From the NCBI GenBank assembly GCA_963737905.1, contig CAVTUQ010000007.1:288001-352000 (forward strand): a stretch of 64,000 bases of DNA, in the 5' to 3' direction. This document shows positions 21,868 to 32,551 of this stretch, one piece after another (the first letter of the stretch is position 1; each line of letters starts with the position of its first letter). A program made the position numbers and the translations under genes. Origin of the DNA: an uncultured delta proteobacterium. GTDB taxonomy: Bacteria > Desulfobacterota > Binatia > UBA9968. The notes below the pieces were generated by a model. It was not told the DNA's origin, did not search any database, and was given only the letters and a program-made list of their open reading frames with translations.

Positions 21868-22636
21868 TTACCGTCGCTTGGACTCTGGCAACCTTACGGT
21901 GGGTTGGCGCAATTGCAGGCCGGTCACACCGCTCCAGAATTCTCGCTTGCCTGTCATCGCCTGGACGTGGCCGTCCCATTCCAAAGTGAAAGCGGTTAAA
22001 CCGAGCTTCACGGCGGCCCGCACTTTGTCTCTGAGTCTCAGCATCATTTGCCAAAAGCCGGATGGCGTCGATCTGGCGTTGCCCGTGACCCACGTCTTCC
22101 TCCGCGTGAAGTTGGTAGGTTTCCGCCGCGCGGGGTGAAAAGCCGTAATGGCCGGTTAGCTCGCGATACACTTTGTCCGAGACTTTGCCGGCGCCCCCGA
22201 GCTGGCTCTCGACAAAGGCAAGCATAGCTACGCCTTCCAATGCAGACCGGCGCTGGCAGCAGCCGGTAATCATTTCAATGGCGGCCAATGTTCCGGGAGC
22301 CGGTTCGGCGCGGTCCGCTTCTTCACGGGAGATCCCGCCTTCTTCGAGAAATTGGAGCATGATATCGACATGGGTTCGCTCTCCCCCAAGCTCCTCCATG
22401 AAATTTTCCAGTATGGTTTGCATCAGCTCGTAGTTCTTATCGCTAACGGCGTTGATGGCCATATACCCGAAGAAAATCGGATTGGTTCGGATCCTTAGGT
22501 AATGCTGGACCTCTCCGAGAATGATCTGCTCCCGGCTCCAACGATGCTGCAAGATCCCTTGAAACCAGGGATGTTCGCCCATGGGTACTTCGCGTGCATA
22601 GCCCCACAGCTCTTCAATGAATGCGTCCGAAGCCAT
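21868..22636 (-). CDS. Heme-oxygenase-like diiron (TenA/PqqC/CADD-like) protein, frameshift near 22030
   Basis: HPW, ENFMEE..H, E, YQLHAEEDVGH ligand pattern; corrected C-terminus KVRAAVKLGLTAFTLEWDG... Confidence 0.8.
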
Positions 22637-22643
22637 TCGAAAT

Positions 22644-23747
22644 CTATCCCGCGACAGCGCGAACGGCGGTCTTCCCGGTTTCAACCCGGTCTCTCAACCG
22701 CGGATAGAAGCGCAGCGGATTGTCCCAGAATATTTTGCGCTTGAGCTCGTCACTGACATCTTTGCGATTGATCAGGTTAGGGATGTCTTGGCTGAAGTCG
22801 CGTTGATCCCGCTCGTGCGGATAGTCCGAGGCCCAGATCAGCGCGTTGTCATTGGCCACCTGTGCGGCGAGAGGTAATGCCGATTCCTCGACTTCGACGG
22901 CGAAAAAAATGTTTCCCTTCTTGACGTACTCACTGGGTTTCAATTTGCATCGCGGCGAGTAGTGGCCTTTGCGCTCCTGCTCTTCGTCCATGCGGTCCAT
23001 CATATACGGCACCCAACCGACGCCGCATTCGATGCAACCAAAGCGGAAGTTCGGAAATAGCTCGAAGATGCCCTCGAACATCATGCTGACGAATTGACGC
23101 ATCTGTGCAAACGGATGCTCCAAGGTGTGGGCAATGGTGAAATTACCCAGTAAATCGAGACCCAGCGCCGGCATGCTCAACCCACCGTGGGTGGATATCG
23201 GCACGTCCAATTTCTGCGCTTCCTCCCACAGAGGATAAAACTCCGGCCCGCTGAAAAGCCTGCCCGCTGGTGTGACCGCCGGCAACACGGCGCCGACCAT
23301 TCCCAGTTCGTTGACGGCGCGGCGAAGCTCCTTCACCGCTTCAGAAATGTCCTGAACCGGCAGTAAAGCAACGCCCACCAACCGGGGACTCACAGCCATG
23401 AATTTGTGATAGAGCCAATCGTTGTAGGCCCGCGCCATGCAGATCGCCCAGTCTTTATCCTGAATCGCCGCATGGGTAAGCCCCTGGGTGGGATAGAGGA
23501 CGGTCAGCTCGATGTTATTCTTGTCGAGAAAATCGAGCCAATGATTCGCCTTCGGCCCCTCCCCCCCGCCAGCCCAGCCTCCTTTTTGCCGGAGAGATCG
23601 CAGATAACCGTCCATCGTAAGCCCGGGCCAAAAGGAGTAACTCTTGTGCCACTCGAGGTCTTTGTAGGGCGGCCCGATGAACTCGCGAAGCTCATCGTCC
23701 AGCTCCATGACATGGCCGTCGGCGTCGATAATTCGATAATCAGCCAT
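22644..23747 (-). CDS. Amidohydrolase-2 family protein
   Basis: DADGH, AYNDWL, WASDYPH. Confidence 0.9.
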   Translation of the reverse strand: MADYRIIDADGHVMELDDELREFIGPPYKDLEWHKSYSFWPGLTMDGYLRSLRQKGGWAGGGEGPKANHWLDFLDKNNIELTVLYPTQGLTHAAIQDKDWAICMARAYNDWLYHKFMAVSPRLVGVALLPVQDISEAVKELRRAVNELGMVGAVLPAVTPAGRLFSGPEFYPLWEEAQKLDVPISTHGGLSMPALGLDLLGNFTIAHTLEHPFAQMRQFVSMMFEGIFELFPNFRFGCIECGVGWVPYMMDRMDEEQERKGHYSPRCKLKPSEYVKKGNIFFAVEVEESALPLAAQVANDNALIWASDYPHERDQRDFSQDIPNLINRKDVSDELKRKIFWDNPLRFYPRLRDRVETGKTAVRAVAG

Positions 23748-23817
23748 TTTCCAAACCTCCTCCATCACTTTCAATTAGTTAAACGATACGTTTAGCTTCC
23801 ATCCAGCGCCTGGTGCG

Positions 23818-24777
23818 TTAAGTATTTCTCGTGTTTTCGGTAAACAGCTCTTCGACCGTCAGCGGTCTTGCAAGCATTTCCTGCTGCTGGGCGAAGGTGA
23901 TCAGGCTTTGAATGTCGTTATAGTTTTCCTTCAATCCTTGATAAAAAGGATGCTTGCCGAAAAACTTCCGTTCTTCCTCCAGGTAGGAGCGTCCCCACGC
24001 GAAGCTTAGACGGTGTGGCTGCTGCATGAAATCGTCCCAAGCGCGGCGCGACGCCATGAAGGCCTCATAAAGGCTTGTGGCGACCCACGGGTCGCTTTTT
24101 AGAATATCCGTTTTGATGATAATCGGGTGCATGATTGGAAAGACTTTACTCTTCGTGTAGTAATCCCGCTCCGCTTGTTCGAAGTCCGGAAACAACCGCT
24201 CCACGGTTCCTTCACCACGAATCCACGCCTCCGGGAGGTCCGGTTCGACTTCCGCTTCCACCTTACCCGCCAACAGAAGATCCTCCAGGCGCCATTGACC
24301 CTCCATTCGCTCGACTTTGATCTTCGAGGGCAGCGGGCAGCCAACTGCTTCCGGGTTGACGATGACCCAGGTGACGTCGGTCACCGGCAAATCGTAAGTG
24401 TTGTGAAACATGCCCTTGGTTACCAGCGCCAGGGTATTTTCATAACTGCGCAGCCCGATGCGCGCGCCTTTGAGATCGGCGGGTTTTTTAATACCAGCCC
24501 CGGCGCGAATGAAGCAAAACTTGTGGCTCCACATGCGCCGGGGAAAGAAGGGGATGGCATGAAACCAGCTCACATCCTGGCTTTTGGCCACGAGGTAGGA
24601 GGACATGGAGAACTCGCAGGCGTCATATTCACCGTGGTGGTACATGCGCTGGTGGCGGATGCCGCTCTCTACTGTGAGGAGATTGAGATCGATGCCTTCG
24701 GCTTGGACTTTTCCTTCGCGGAGCGGTTGCAAGTAGTCGTACTTGTCGCAGGCGACCGTGAGCTTCAACTTTGACAT
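23818..24777 (-). CDS. 4,5-dihydroxyphthalate decarboxylase-like (periplasmic-binding fold) protein
   Basis: LTVAC..YD, ACEFSMSSY, IPFFP.R, FPIMH, P.VA.SLYEAF; no signal peptide. Confidence 0.8.
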   Translation of the reverse strand: MSKLKLTVACDKYDYLQPLREGKVQAEGIDLNLLTVESGIRHQRMYHHGEYDACEFSMSSYLVAKSQDVSWFHAIPFFPRRMWSHKFCFIRAGAGIKKPADLKGARIGLRSYENTLALVTKGMFHNTYDLPVTDVTWVIVNPEAVGCPLPSKIKVERMEGQWRLEDLLLAGKVEAEVEPDLPEAWIRGEGTVERLFPDFEQAERDYYTKSKVFPIMHPIIIKTDILKSDPWVATSLYEAFMASRRAWDDFMQQPHRLSFAWGRSYLEEERKFFGKHPFYQGLKENYNDIQSLITFAQQQEMLARPLTVEELFTENTRNT

Positions 24778-24954
24778 TATGTTCCTCCTAAAATAGCTAT
24801 GAAGCGTAAAATAGCTGGCTTAAAGCGATCATATGTAAGAGGGCAAGGCAGTCAATGATCTCTAACCGAATGCCAGCTCGAATGCGTTGACAGGTCGGAA
24901 CCTCGGTGTTAAGGGAAGGCCGAAGACCATCGTAATAAAAATAGGAGATGCTTT

Positions 24955-25701
24955 ATGCGGTTTAAAGACAAATCAGTCATCATTACCGGCGGCGGCGGAA
25001 AGATCGGCAAGGCTTATGCCTTGGGGTTCGCGAAAGAGGGAGCGAAAGTTGCCCTGCCGGACATCGCCAGCGCCGACCCTGTCGTCAAAGCGATTCGAGA
25101 CATGGGTGGCACGGCGATTAGCATGGCGTGCGATGTTTCCGACGAAAAGAGTGTCAAGGCTATGGTCGACGAAGTCGCGAAGCAATTTGGCGGCGTCGAC
25201 GTATTGGTGAACAACGCCGCTTATTTCATGAACGTCAAGAAGAGCCCGTTCTGGGAGATGCAAGTTGATGAGTTCGACAAAGCGATGGCGGTGAATGTCC
25301 GCGGCTCATGGCTTTGCGGCAAAGCGGTGTTCCCCTACATGAAGAAACAAGGCAAGGGAAAGATCATCAACATTTCATCCGGCACCGCACTGAACGGCGG
25401 CCAGAACTACATCCATTACGTGACTTCCAAAGGCGCTTTGATCGCTATGACGCGGGCGATGGCTCGCGAAGTCGGCGACTACAACATTTGTGTCAATACG
25501 GTCTGCCCGGGCTTTGTCGTGACGGAAGGGCGGCAGGTTGATCCGGCATTTAACGCCAACCGAGTCGCGAACCGCTCGTTAAAACGGATCCAGGTCGAAA
25601 ACGATCTGGTCGGCACGGTTCTATTCTTGGCTTCGCCGGAAAGTGACTTCATGACCGGGCAATTGCTCAACGTCGACGGCGGCGCCCATTTTGTCGGATA
25701 A
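24955..25701 (+). CDS. SDR family oxidoreductase
   Basis: TGGGGKIG, NNAA, YVTSKG, TGQLLNVDGG. Confidence 0.92.
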   Translation: MRFKDKSVIITGGGGKIGKAYALGFAKEGAKVALPDIASADPVVKAIRDMGGTAISMACDVSDEKSVKAMVDEVAKQFGGVDVLVNNAAYFMNVKKSPFWEMQVDEFDKAMAVNVRGSWLCGKAVFPYMKKQGKGKIINISSGTALNGGQNYIHYVTSKGALIAMTRAMAREVGDYNICVNTVCPGFVVTEGRQVDPAFNANRVANRSLKRIQVENDLVGTVLFLASPESDFMTGQLLNVDGGAHFVG

Positions 25702-25721
25702 GCTGTTCAAGGGCAGGGGTG

Positions 25722-26516
25722 TTACGCGGCGGTCTCCCATTTATTGATATCCACTTCCCACCCTTTGGTTTGGGACAAATCCAAGGCGTTGCCTTCGACA
25801 TCGCGAAAGCGAAATTCGGCGTAGGGTCGGGTCGAAGGACGCGGCGCGATCTTCAGCACGCTCTGCAGTTCCGCCATCACTCCCTGCATATCATCGACCA
25901 AAAAGCCGATGTGATTAATGCCGAAACGCGCTTCGTGACCTTCGATGCGATTATAGAACGGATGGATCGCCAGGTTGGTCTTGCCATCGGCGCAAAAGCG
26001 GTTGCCGCGGCCTTGTTGCCGCCGGAGGTAACTGGACGGCACTTCACGCAGGCCGAGAACCTGGGTGTAAAAACGCAGCATCATTTCGGGGTCCAGCGCA
26101 TTGTAGGCGATATGGCGGATACGGGGAAATCGTTTCTCTTTGCTAGCGGGCACGCCGAAGCCCTTGGTCGAGAGGCTTACCGGAAGACATTCCGGATCAT
26201 GAATCCGGATCTCCCCATGTTGTACGTCGTCCGGTTCCTGCAAAATCATGCCCCGCGGATTGAGAGCAAGAAATCGGCCCTTGACCTCCTCCAGATTGTC
26301 CACCTCCAGGCCGATATGATGGAGGCCGGTGTCCATTTTCATTTCGTTGAGCGCCGGTCGCTTTTTGAAAAAGGTGAGATTGTAGAAGCCGTCGGTAATG
26401 GAGATATCCCCTTCGGGCGAGCGGCCTAACTCTTCGGTCCGGAGGAATCGGTGATAGAAATCAACGAGCCTTTCTGGGTTTTCGCAGATGAAGGCGATGT
26501 AACGAAGCGTTGCCAT
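25722..26516 (-). CDS. Two-domain VOC (glyoxalase/extradiol dioxygenase fold) protein
   Basis: GLHHIGLEVD, IRHIA, GINHIGFLVDD, DVEGN. Confidence 0.85.
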   Translation of the reverse strand: MATLRYIAFICENPERLVDFYHRFLRTEELGRSPEGDISITDGFYNLTFFKKRPALNEMKMDTGLHHIGLEVDNLEEVKGRFLALNPRGMILQEPDDVQHGEIRIHDPECLPVSLSTKGFGVPASKEKRFPRIRHIAYNALDPEMMLRFYTQVLGLREVPSSYLRRQQGRGNRFCADGKTNLAIHPFYNRIEGHEARFGINHIGFLVDDMQGVMAELQSVLKIAPRPSTRPYAEFRFRDVEGNALDLSQTKGWEVDINKWETAA

Positions 26517-26557
26517 CTTCTATCCTCCTTTTAGAGACTGTATCAGTTTAGTTCTCC

Positions 26558-26612
26558 TGTCATTTCGAGCGCAGCGAGAAATCTAGATCCCTCGCGTTCG
26601 CTCGGGATGACA
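26558..26612. repeat. REP-like palindrome (TGTCATTTCGAGCG...CGCTCGGGATGACA)
   Basis: Terminal inverted repeats, intergenic. Confidence 0.7.
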
Positions 26613-26645
26613 GCTGGGTGGTCTATGCGATTGTAACACGGCTTC

Positions 26646-27743
26646 TTAATCCCGAATATTCTGTGTAAACCATTCTAAGGGCAGCGGATGCCCGAGTCCT
26701 TTGGCTTTCGCCAGATTGTAAGCCGTCCCGCCGACGGCGGCGAACTGCAGCCCCTGGGTCCCCTGGTTGTTGAGAAACGTGATCTGCTGATCGTTGGCGC
26801 GGCCCACCCAGCGACCGGCCATGATATCCGGTACCGTGCCGATGTTGGGATTGTCGATGTCGTGATGCGGCGAGACAGGGATTTTCTTCTTCTCCGTATC
26901 GTTGCCCGCGATATAGGCGAACATCCCGTCGCTTCCGGTGGCAACACCGGACGCGTTACGATCGGCGAACAAGGTCGAAGTCCCGAGGCGCGCTCTTACA
27001 TCCGCCCGCTGCAGGACTTCCGGACTGGTTTCATTGTTACGCACGTTATTGATGTGCATGCCGGGTTCCAGCCATTCGGCTTTGATCACCGGCACTAGAG
27101 AATCGGTGGTGAGCGACACGATGTCGGCGCCTTTCAACGCCTTCTCCGGCGAGTCCACCGCGACGACTTCAATGTCCAATTTCTCGGTCATTTCCTGCGC
27201 GTAACGCTCTCGATTCGCTCTGGTGGGGCTAAACACGCGCATGGTTTCGACGGGCCGGACTTCTTTGATCGCCATGGCATAGGTCCGCGCCATCCCGCCC
27301 GAGCCGATCATGGCGAGCACCTTGGAATTCTTCCGCGACAGGTATTTCGTTCCCAGACCCGCGCAAGCGCCCACACGCATGTGTTGCAGGTAGCCGTCGT
27401 TCATTAAGGCGAGCGGTTCGGCGTTGCGCGTGCTCAAAAGAAAGATCAAGCCGCAATAAGTGCCGCGCTTCATGCAGTATTTGTCTTCGACCTGAAAGCC
27501 GTCTTGCTCTTCCCAGGCGAGCATGTCGGACTTCATACGAATCGCGAAGACGCCGAGCTTGCGCGACGCGCCTTCCATCGTGCCCCAGCGATAGTAATGA
27601 GGCTCCTCGGGCACATAAAAATCGATGCGCGGCCGATAGGCGGCCCGCTGCTCGATGAGATCGTGATAAGCTTCTTCCATCGCTTTCAGGCAGGTGGGCA
27701 TGTCGAGCACTTGTTGAATGTGGTCGTTGGTCAAAAAGATCAT
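26646..27743 (-). CDS. Ornithine cyclodeaminase/mu-crystallin family protein
   Basis: HMRVGA, IGSGGMA, WLEPGMH, QGLQFAAVG. Confidence 0.88.
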   Translation of the reverse strand: MIFLTNDHIQQVLDMPTCLKAMEEAYHDLIEQRAAYRPRIDFYVPEEPHYYRWGTMEGASRKLGVFAIRMKSDMLAWEEQDGFQVEDKYCMKRGTYCGLIFLLSTRNAEPLALMNDGYLQHMRVGACAGLGTKYLSRKNSKVLAMIGSGGMARTYAMAIKEVRPVETMRVFSPTRANRERYAQEMTEKLDIEVVAVDSPEKALKGADIVSLTTDSLVPVIKAEWLEPGMHINNVRNNETSPEVLQRADVRARLGTSTLFADRNASGVATGSDGMFAYIAGNDTEKKKIPVSPHHDIDNPNIGTVPDIMAGRWVGRANDQQITFLNNQGTQGLQFAAVGGTAYNLAKAKGLGHPLPLEWFTQNIRD

Positions 27744-27838
27744 CTTGGGTTACTCCTGGGGTAACTTGACGTCGTTGACAGTTGGTTTTCGAGATTGGTA
27801 TAGCCGTTCTAAGTTTCACTGTAAAGCTCGGAGGATGC

Positions 27839-28820
27839 GTGAAGGTCATCGGAAGTTTGCTGATCCTATGTCGTAATCTTTATTGAGCATCCGGTTATTG
27901 CTTTCCCGGCACAGGTCGAGACGCTCCATCTCAGTTATTCCGCATTGGTCCCCTCCGGCGCGCCGTTTTGGATCGCCCAAGAACTCAAGATATTTGATCG
28001 GGAAGGTCTTAAGACAGAGCTGCTTTATATCAACGCAGCACCTCGGGTCATGGCGGCAATGCTGGCCGGTGAAATTCAAGTCGCTCTTTCCGGCGTCAGT
28101 CCTCTCGTAACCACCTATGCGCAGGGTAACGATCCTGTGGCGATCGCAGGCGCGGTCAATCAGATCAATGTTGCGATCTTCGGCCGTCCAGAGATCCGTG
28201 GCCCCGAGGATCTACGAGGAAAACGTATCGGCATCACCCGCTTCGGCGGGCTAACCGATTTTTCGGCTCAATTTGCGCTTAAGAAATGGGGTTTGCAGCC
28301 AGGGAAGGACGTCGCGATTATTCAAATTGGCGACGCCAGCGCGCTGATGGGCGCGATGGCCGGTAACGCAGTCCAGGCGGCGACGCTCCAGCCGCCATCG
28401 ACGATCCTGGCCGCTCAGCTGAGCTACCGGGAGCTGCTCGATCTTTCCAAGTCTGGGCTTGATTATCAGAACACCATAGTCTTGACAACGAGGTCTCTTG
28501 TGAAAAGATCGCCGGACACCTTTCGCAGATTTATGCGCGCTTATTCGGCCGCAATCGCGGTTTTTCACCGGCAGAGGGAAACGTCGCTCAAGGTCATCGG
28601 GCGGTATCTCAAAGGAATGGACCCGGTTATCCTCGAGAAAACCTACGAAGCGTACAAGGCTTGGGTACCGGAAATTCCATACGTCAATCAGGCGGGTATG
28701 GAAACTGCCGTTGGGCTGACACCGGGTCTGAGCAAAGAAGTTAAAGTATCGGAAATTGTCGATCCAAGTTTCGTGCGCGAACTGGAACAGCAGGGCTTTT
28801 ACAAGGCGCTCTACAAGTAA
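27839..28820 (+). CDS. NitT/TauT ABC substrate-binding protein (frameshift in the signal peptide near 27865)
   Basis: GGAGG + GTG start; DLRGKRIGITRFGG; FVRELEQQGF. Confidence 0.85.
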
Positions 28821-28858
28821 TGCTTCTCTGCGATCTTGCGTCTTGGCGAGATAGAGTG

Positions 28859-28885
28859 GTGGGGCGACTGGCCAGTCGCCCCTAC
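28859..28885. repeat. GTAG-family REP-like hairpin
   Basis: ggggcgactggccagtcgcccctac. Confidence 0.6.
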
Positions 28886-28963
28886 GGTATAGGCGACAAG
28901 CATGTCCTGAGCTAAGCCGAAGGGAACGCCAAGGGAAATAAAAAGTAGCGCGGGAGAAACAAT

Positions 28964-30052
28964 ATGCTCTTGATTATGGATCCCGAAGTCCGTCAGGTTC
29001 TCAAAATGAGCGATTGTATCGCTGCGATGGAGCGGGCCTTCGCAGAAGAAGCGCGGGGAATTGCGGTTAACAAACCGCGGACGCGCTACAAAGTGCCACC
29101 GGATCTGGACAAACCGGGATATATGGCCAATATCATTCCCGGCGCAGTGCCTAGTTCCGGCGTCGCCGCTCTACGCTACGATTCGACCATCGTGCAAGAG
29201 CGGGTGGTAGCCGGGACAAAGAGGATGGATTTTCCCTCGCCGCTGAAACGCAGCTGGGGGTTCGTTCTACTTTTCAGCCTGGAGACCGGCGAACCTCTTG
29301 CGCTCATCCATGACTTTAGCCTTTCCGCAATACGGGTCGGTGCGACCACGGGCGTCGCGAACCGGGCGCTGGCGAAAAAAAACTCCAAAGTCGTGGGGAT
29401 TTTCGGCTCCGGTAACGAGGCTCGCACCAACTTGGAAGCTATCTGTGGGGTCCGTTCCATAGAGCAGGTAAAAGTTTATAGCGTGACGAAAGAACATCGA
29501 GATCGATTTGCCGAAGAGATGACGGAGCTCTTGAACGTCGAGGTTCAACCCGTGAGTAACCCTGAAGCGGTGGTGCGCGGCTCGGACATCGTCATGTGCG
29601 CCACTAATGCAAGCCAGCCTGTGTTCGACGGCAACTGGTTGGAGCCCGGGCAACTCGTGACGACCATTGCCAACACGGACGGCGTGCACCGCCGCACCGA
29701 AGCGGATGCAACCACAATGATTCGCAGTGACTTCATCGTGCTCAATAACAAAGAGACGGCGATCACCAATCAGCAGCGCGAGCTGCTCGATCTCGTCGAA
29801 GGCGGCAAATTCGGCTGGAACAAAGTCTGTGAGTTAGGCCAGGTCCTGAGTGGAAATCATGCCGGACGGACAAACGATCAACAAATCATTTATTACAAGA
29901 GCAACACCGGTGTCGGTATTCAGTTCGCCGCCGCAGGCGCTTTGATCTACGAAGAGTGCAAGAAACGGGGGCTGGGTCGAGAGTTGCCTAGCGAGTGGTT
30001 CGGCGCGGACTTGAGCGAATGGATGGATAAAGGCTTCATGCCTTCGCCTTAG
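28964..30052 (+). CDS. Ornithine cyclodeaminase/mu-crystallin family protein
   Basis: IRVGAT, FGSGNEA, CATNA, WLEPG, GIQFAAAG. Confidence 0.88.
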   Translation: MLLIMDPEVRQVLKMSDCIAAMERAFAEEARGIAVNKPRTRYKVPPDLDKPGYMANIIPGAVPSSGVAALRYDSTIVQERVVAGTKRMDFPSPLKRSWGFVLLFSLETGEPLALIHDFSLSAIRVGATTGVANRALAKKNSKVVGIFGSGNEARTNLEAICGVRSIEQVKVYSVTKEHRDRFAEEMTELLNVEVQPVSNPEAVVRGSDIVMCATNASQPVFDGNWLEPGQLVTTIANTDGVHRRTEADATTMIRSDFIVLNNKETAITNQQRELLDLVEGGKFGWNKVCELGQVLSGNHAGRTNDQQIIYYKSNTGVGIQFAAAGALIYEECKKRGLGRELPSEWFGADLSEWMDKGFMPSP

Positions 30053-30059
30053 TTCTGTT

Positions 30060-30130
30060 GGCTTATAGCATATGGCTTATGGCCTATGGTTCGTATGTTC
30101 CAACTATATGCCATAAGCTATCGGCCATAG
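30060..30130. repeat. Intergenic inverted 7-nt periodic repeat (GCTTATG ... CCATAAG)
   Basis: ggcttatagcatatggcttatggcctatgg / ctatatgccataagctatcggccatagg. Confidence 0.7.
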
Positions 30131-30206
30131 GCGAAGTTTTTTGAGCAGCTTGCCAGAGTTTTTGCTATTGCGGAACGGAATGCCAAAAGATTTCACGAGA
30201 TTTGCG

Positions 30207-31271
30207 ATGTTAATTCTTAGACCGGAAGAAGTGGAAGGTTTGCTCTCGATGGCCGAGGCCGTCGGCGCGGTAGAGCAAGCCTTCGCTGATTGGGGAAAAT
30301 ATCCAGAGATCAATCTCACTCGCCGCCGGCTCCATTTCGGCGATGCCCGTCTCAATACAATGCCGGCGGCATTACCGTCCCGAGAAAAGATTGGGCTCCG
30401 CATCCAAAGCGAGATTTTAGCTGTCAGCGGCGGTGTACAGATCTATCCGTCCCGCAGTCCACTGGTCGACGTGTTATTCGACACCCGCACGGCATTGCCC
30501 GTGGCGATGATCATAGCGTCGACGCAGCGGGGCATGACCAAGGATGGTATCCCGCTCCGCACTTCTGATCTTATGACCGCGTCGATCAGCGCGGTCGGCA
30601 CAAAGTGGCTGAGCCGTCTTGATGCGACTGAACTTGTCCTGCTGGGTTCGGGTAAACAGGCGAGGAATCACCTGATCGCGATGGCGGCGATTTGTCGCCT
30701 CAAACGGGTAAATGTCTACAGCCCGACACGGGCTCGGCGCGAGCAGTTTGCCGTAGAGATGACTATCGCGCTGGGCCTAGACGTTGTTCCTGTTAACGAG
30801 CCCAAAGGGGTCATCGAACGTGCCGACATCGTGCTCGCGGCGACAAATACCAACGTGCCGGTGTTCAATGGCGCATGGTTGCGCGATGGTACTCACGTAA
30901 CGTCCATTGTTGGAAGTAATGTCGGTATGGTCCAGGCGGGCGTCATCGCGCAAAAGCGCCGCGAGCTGGACGATGAGACATTAACGCGTGCCGCCATCAT
31001 CGGAATCGCCTCCCGCGCCTTGGCCGAGCAGGACCAGCAGGGGGATATTTATGAGCAGGTGCAGTCCGGTTTGATATCCTGGGACAAAGTCATAGATCTC
31101 AGCGAGATCGTCGCGGGGCATGCGAACGGACGGCGAAATGGTGCAGACATCACGGTGTTCAAAAACAACGGTGGCCAAGGAATCGCTGAACTGGCCATCG
31201 CCGATTTGATTCTTGCACGCGCGCGGGAAAAGAAACTCGGAATCGAAGTGACTTGGGGCGAAGGTTATTAG
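30207..31271 (+). CDS. Ornithine cyclodeaminase/mu-crystallin family protein
   Basis: LGSGKQARNH, AATN, WLRDGTHV, ITVFKNNGGQG. Confidence 0.85.
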   Translation: MLILRPEEVEGLLSMAEAVGAVEQAFADWGKYPEINLTRRRLHFGDARLNTMPAALPSREKIGLRIQSEILAVSGGVQIYPSRSPLVDVLFDTRTALPVAMIIASTQRGMTKDGIPLRTSDLMTASISAVGTKWLSRLDATELVLLGSGKQARNHLIAMAAICRLKRVNVYSPTRARREQFAVEMTIALGLDVVPVNEPKGVIERADIVLAATNTNVPVFNGAWLRDGTHVTSIVGSNVGMVQAGVIAQKRRELDDETLTRAAIIGIASRALAEQDQQGDIYEQVQSGLISWDKVIDLSEIVAGHANGRRNGADITVFKNNGGQGIAELAIADLILARAREKKLGIEVTWGEGY

Positions 31272-31289
31272 AACTAAAGGAGGGTTGCA

Positions 31290-32262
31290 ATGAACGGCAA
31301 GAGACAAATCGTTCTATTGGCGTTGGTTTTTAGCTGCTGCATGGTTTCACCTTCGTCCGCGCAGCGGACAAAACTCAGCGCGGCCTATTCGGCTGAAAGC
31401 TCGTGGTCGCTTGGCGACCTGGGTTGCCTATGATGGCGGCTTCTTCAAAAAATATGGGCTCGACGTGGACTTGGTTTTGATCCGCAGTGCCGCGACCATC
31501 ACAGCCGCGTTGCTGGCGGGAGAGGCGCCGATGATTCAACTGGGTGGCAACGGGACGATTCAGGCCGCCGTGCAAGGGGCGGACACCGTGAACGTTTTAA
31601 CGCTCGTGCCGCTAATTCCTCAGAGCTTGGTGGTTACTCCGGATATCAAAACCGCGGAGGATCTCAAAGGGAAGCGATTTGGCGTGAGCCGATTCGGTGC
31701 GCTCAGTGATTTGGTGATCGACGGTATCTCAGAAAGTTTGGCCTCGACCCGGCGAAAGACGTTACGATCGTTCAGATCGGCGGTATTCCGGAACAATTGG
31801 CGGCCATGAAAGCGGGCGCTATTTCTGGAGGCTCTATGTCGCCACCAGTGCTGACGGCCGCCAAAAAAGCAGGCTTCAAAGAGCTGGCGGATTTTGAAAG
31901 CCTCAACTACAAGTATCCGGCCACGGTCATCGCAACCACAAAGAGCTTCATCCAGCGCCAGCGCCCTACGGCGCTCAACTTTCTGCGCGGCGAAATCGAA
32001 GGCATTCATGCGATCAAAACGCAGAAGAATTTCGCGGTTAACGTTCTCAAGAAATACATGCGCATCAGCGATCCCGAAATCCTCGAGGAGGGTTATCAAT
32101 ATTCCCTGCGTTTTATCCAACCCCGGCCGTTTCCGACCTTGGAAGAAACCAAAGCTAGTTCTAGATGAATTGAAGCGGCCAGAGGCCAAGCCGGAGAACT
32201 TCGTCGATCTGAGCTTGATGCAGGAATTAGAGAAGGAGAAGTTCTTCGATAAACTCAAATAA
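31290..32262 (+). CDS. NitT/TauT ABC substrate-binding protein (about three frameshifts)
   Basis: AAGGAGG + ATG; ORFs 31411, 31797 and 31894 piece together GFFKKYGLDV, DLKGKRFGVSRFG, FVDLSLMQELEKE. Confidence 0.8.
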
Positions 32263-32377
32263 GCAGGATCCCTTTACGTCTCCATTAGGGTATAGGCACC
32301 GCACTAACCCGACGGGGACTCGCCTGGCGGATTGGAATCGGCTGGGGTTCAAGCCCGATATTTGCTATTTGCTCGCT

Positions 32378-32510
32378 AAATTGAGAGCCGTCACCGCGCT
32401 GGACGGATCGGTGTGGCCGTGGTCGGTGCCGATCACGAGACGATTTTCGCCGGCGTAGCGGACGATTATGTAGGGAACATCATCGTTGGTCTGGCAGGTG
32501 ACGTAAATGT
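32378..32510 (-). pseudogene. Diverged duplicate of the 3' part of the amidohydrolase at 33079-34161
   Basis: VTCQTNDDVPYIIVRYAGENRLVIGTDHGHTDPSSAVTALN versus VTCQTNDDVSYIVRYAGENRLVIGTDYGHTDPSSAVTALN. Confidence 0.85.
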
Positions 32511-32551
32511 TAGCCTGGCCATCTGAAGGCAAACGGGCTATCCTGTGACGG

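Noticed and set aside
1014-30130. CRISPR array interpretation of the periodic repeats
   Set aside because: Units are 7-9 nt with no unique spacers, and no cas genes are present
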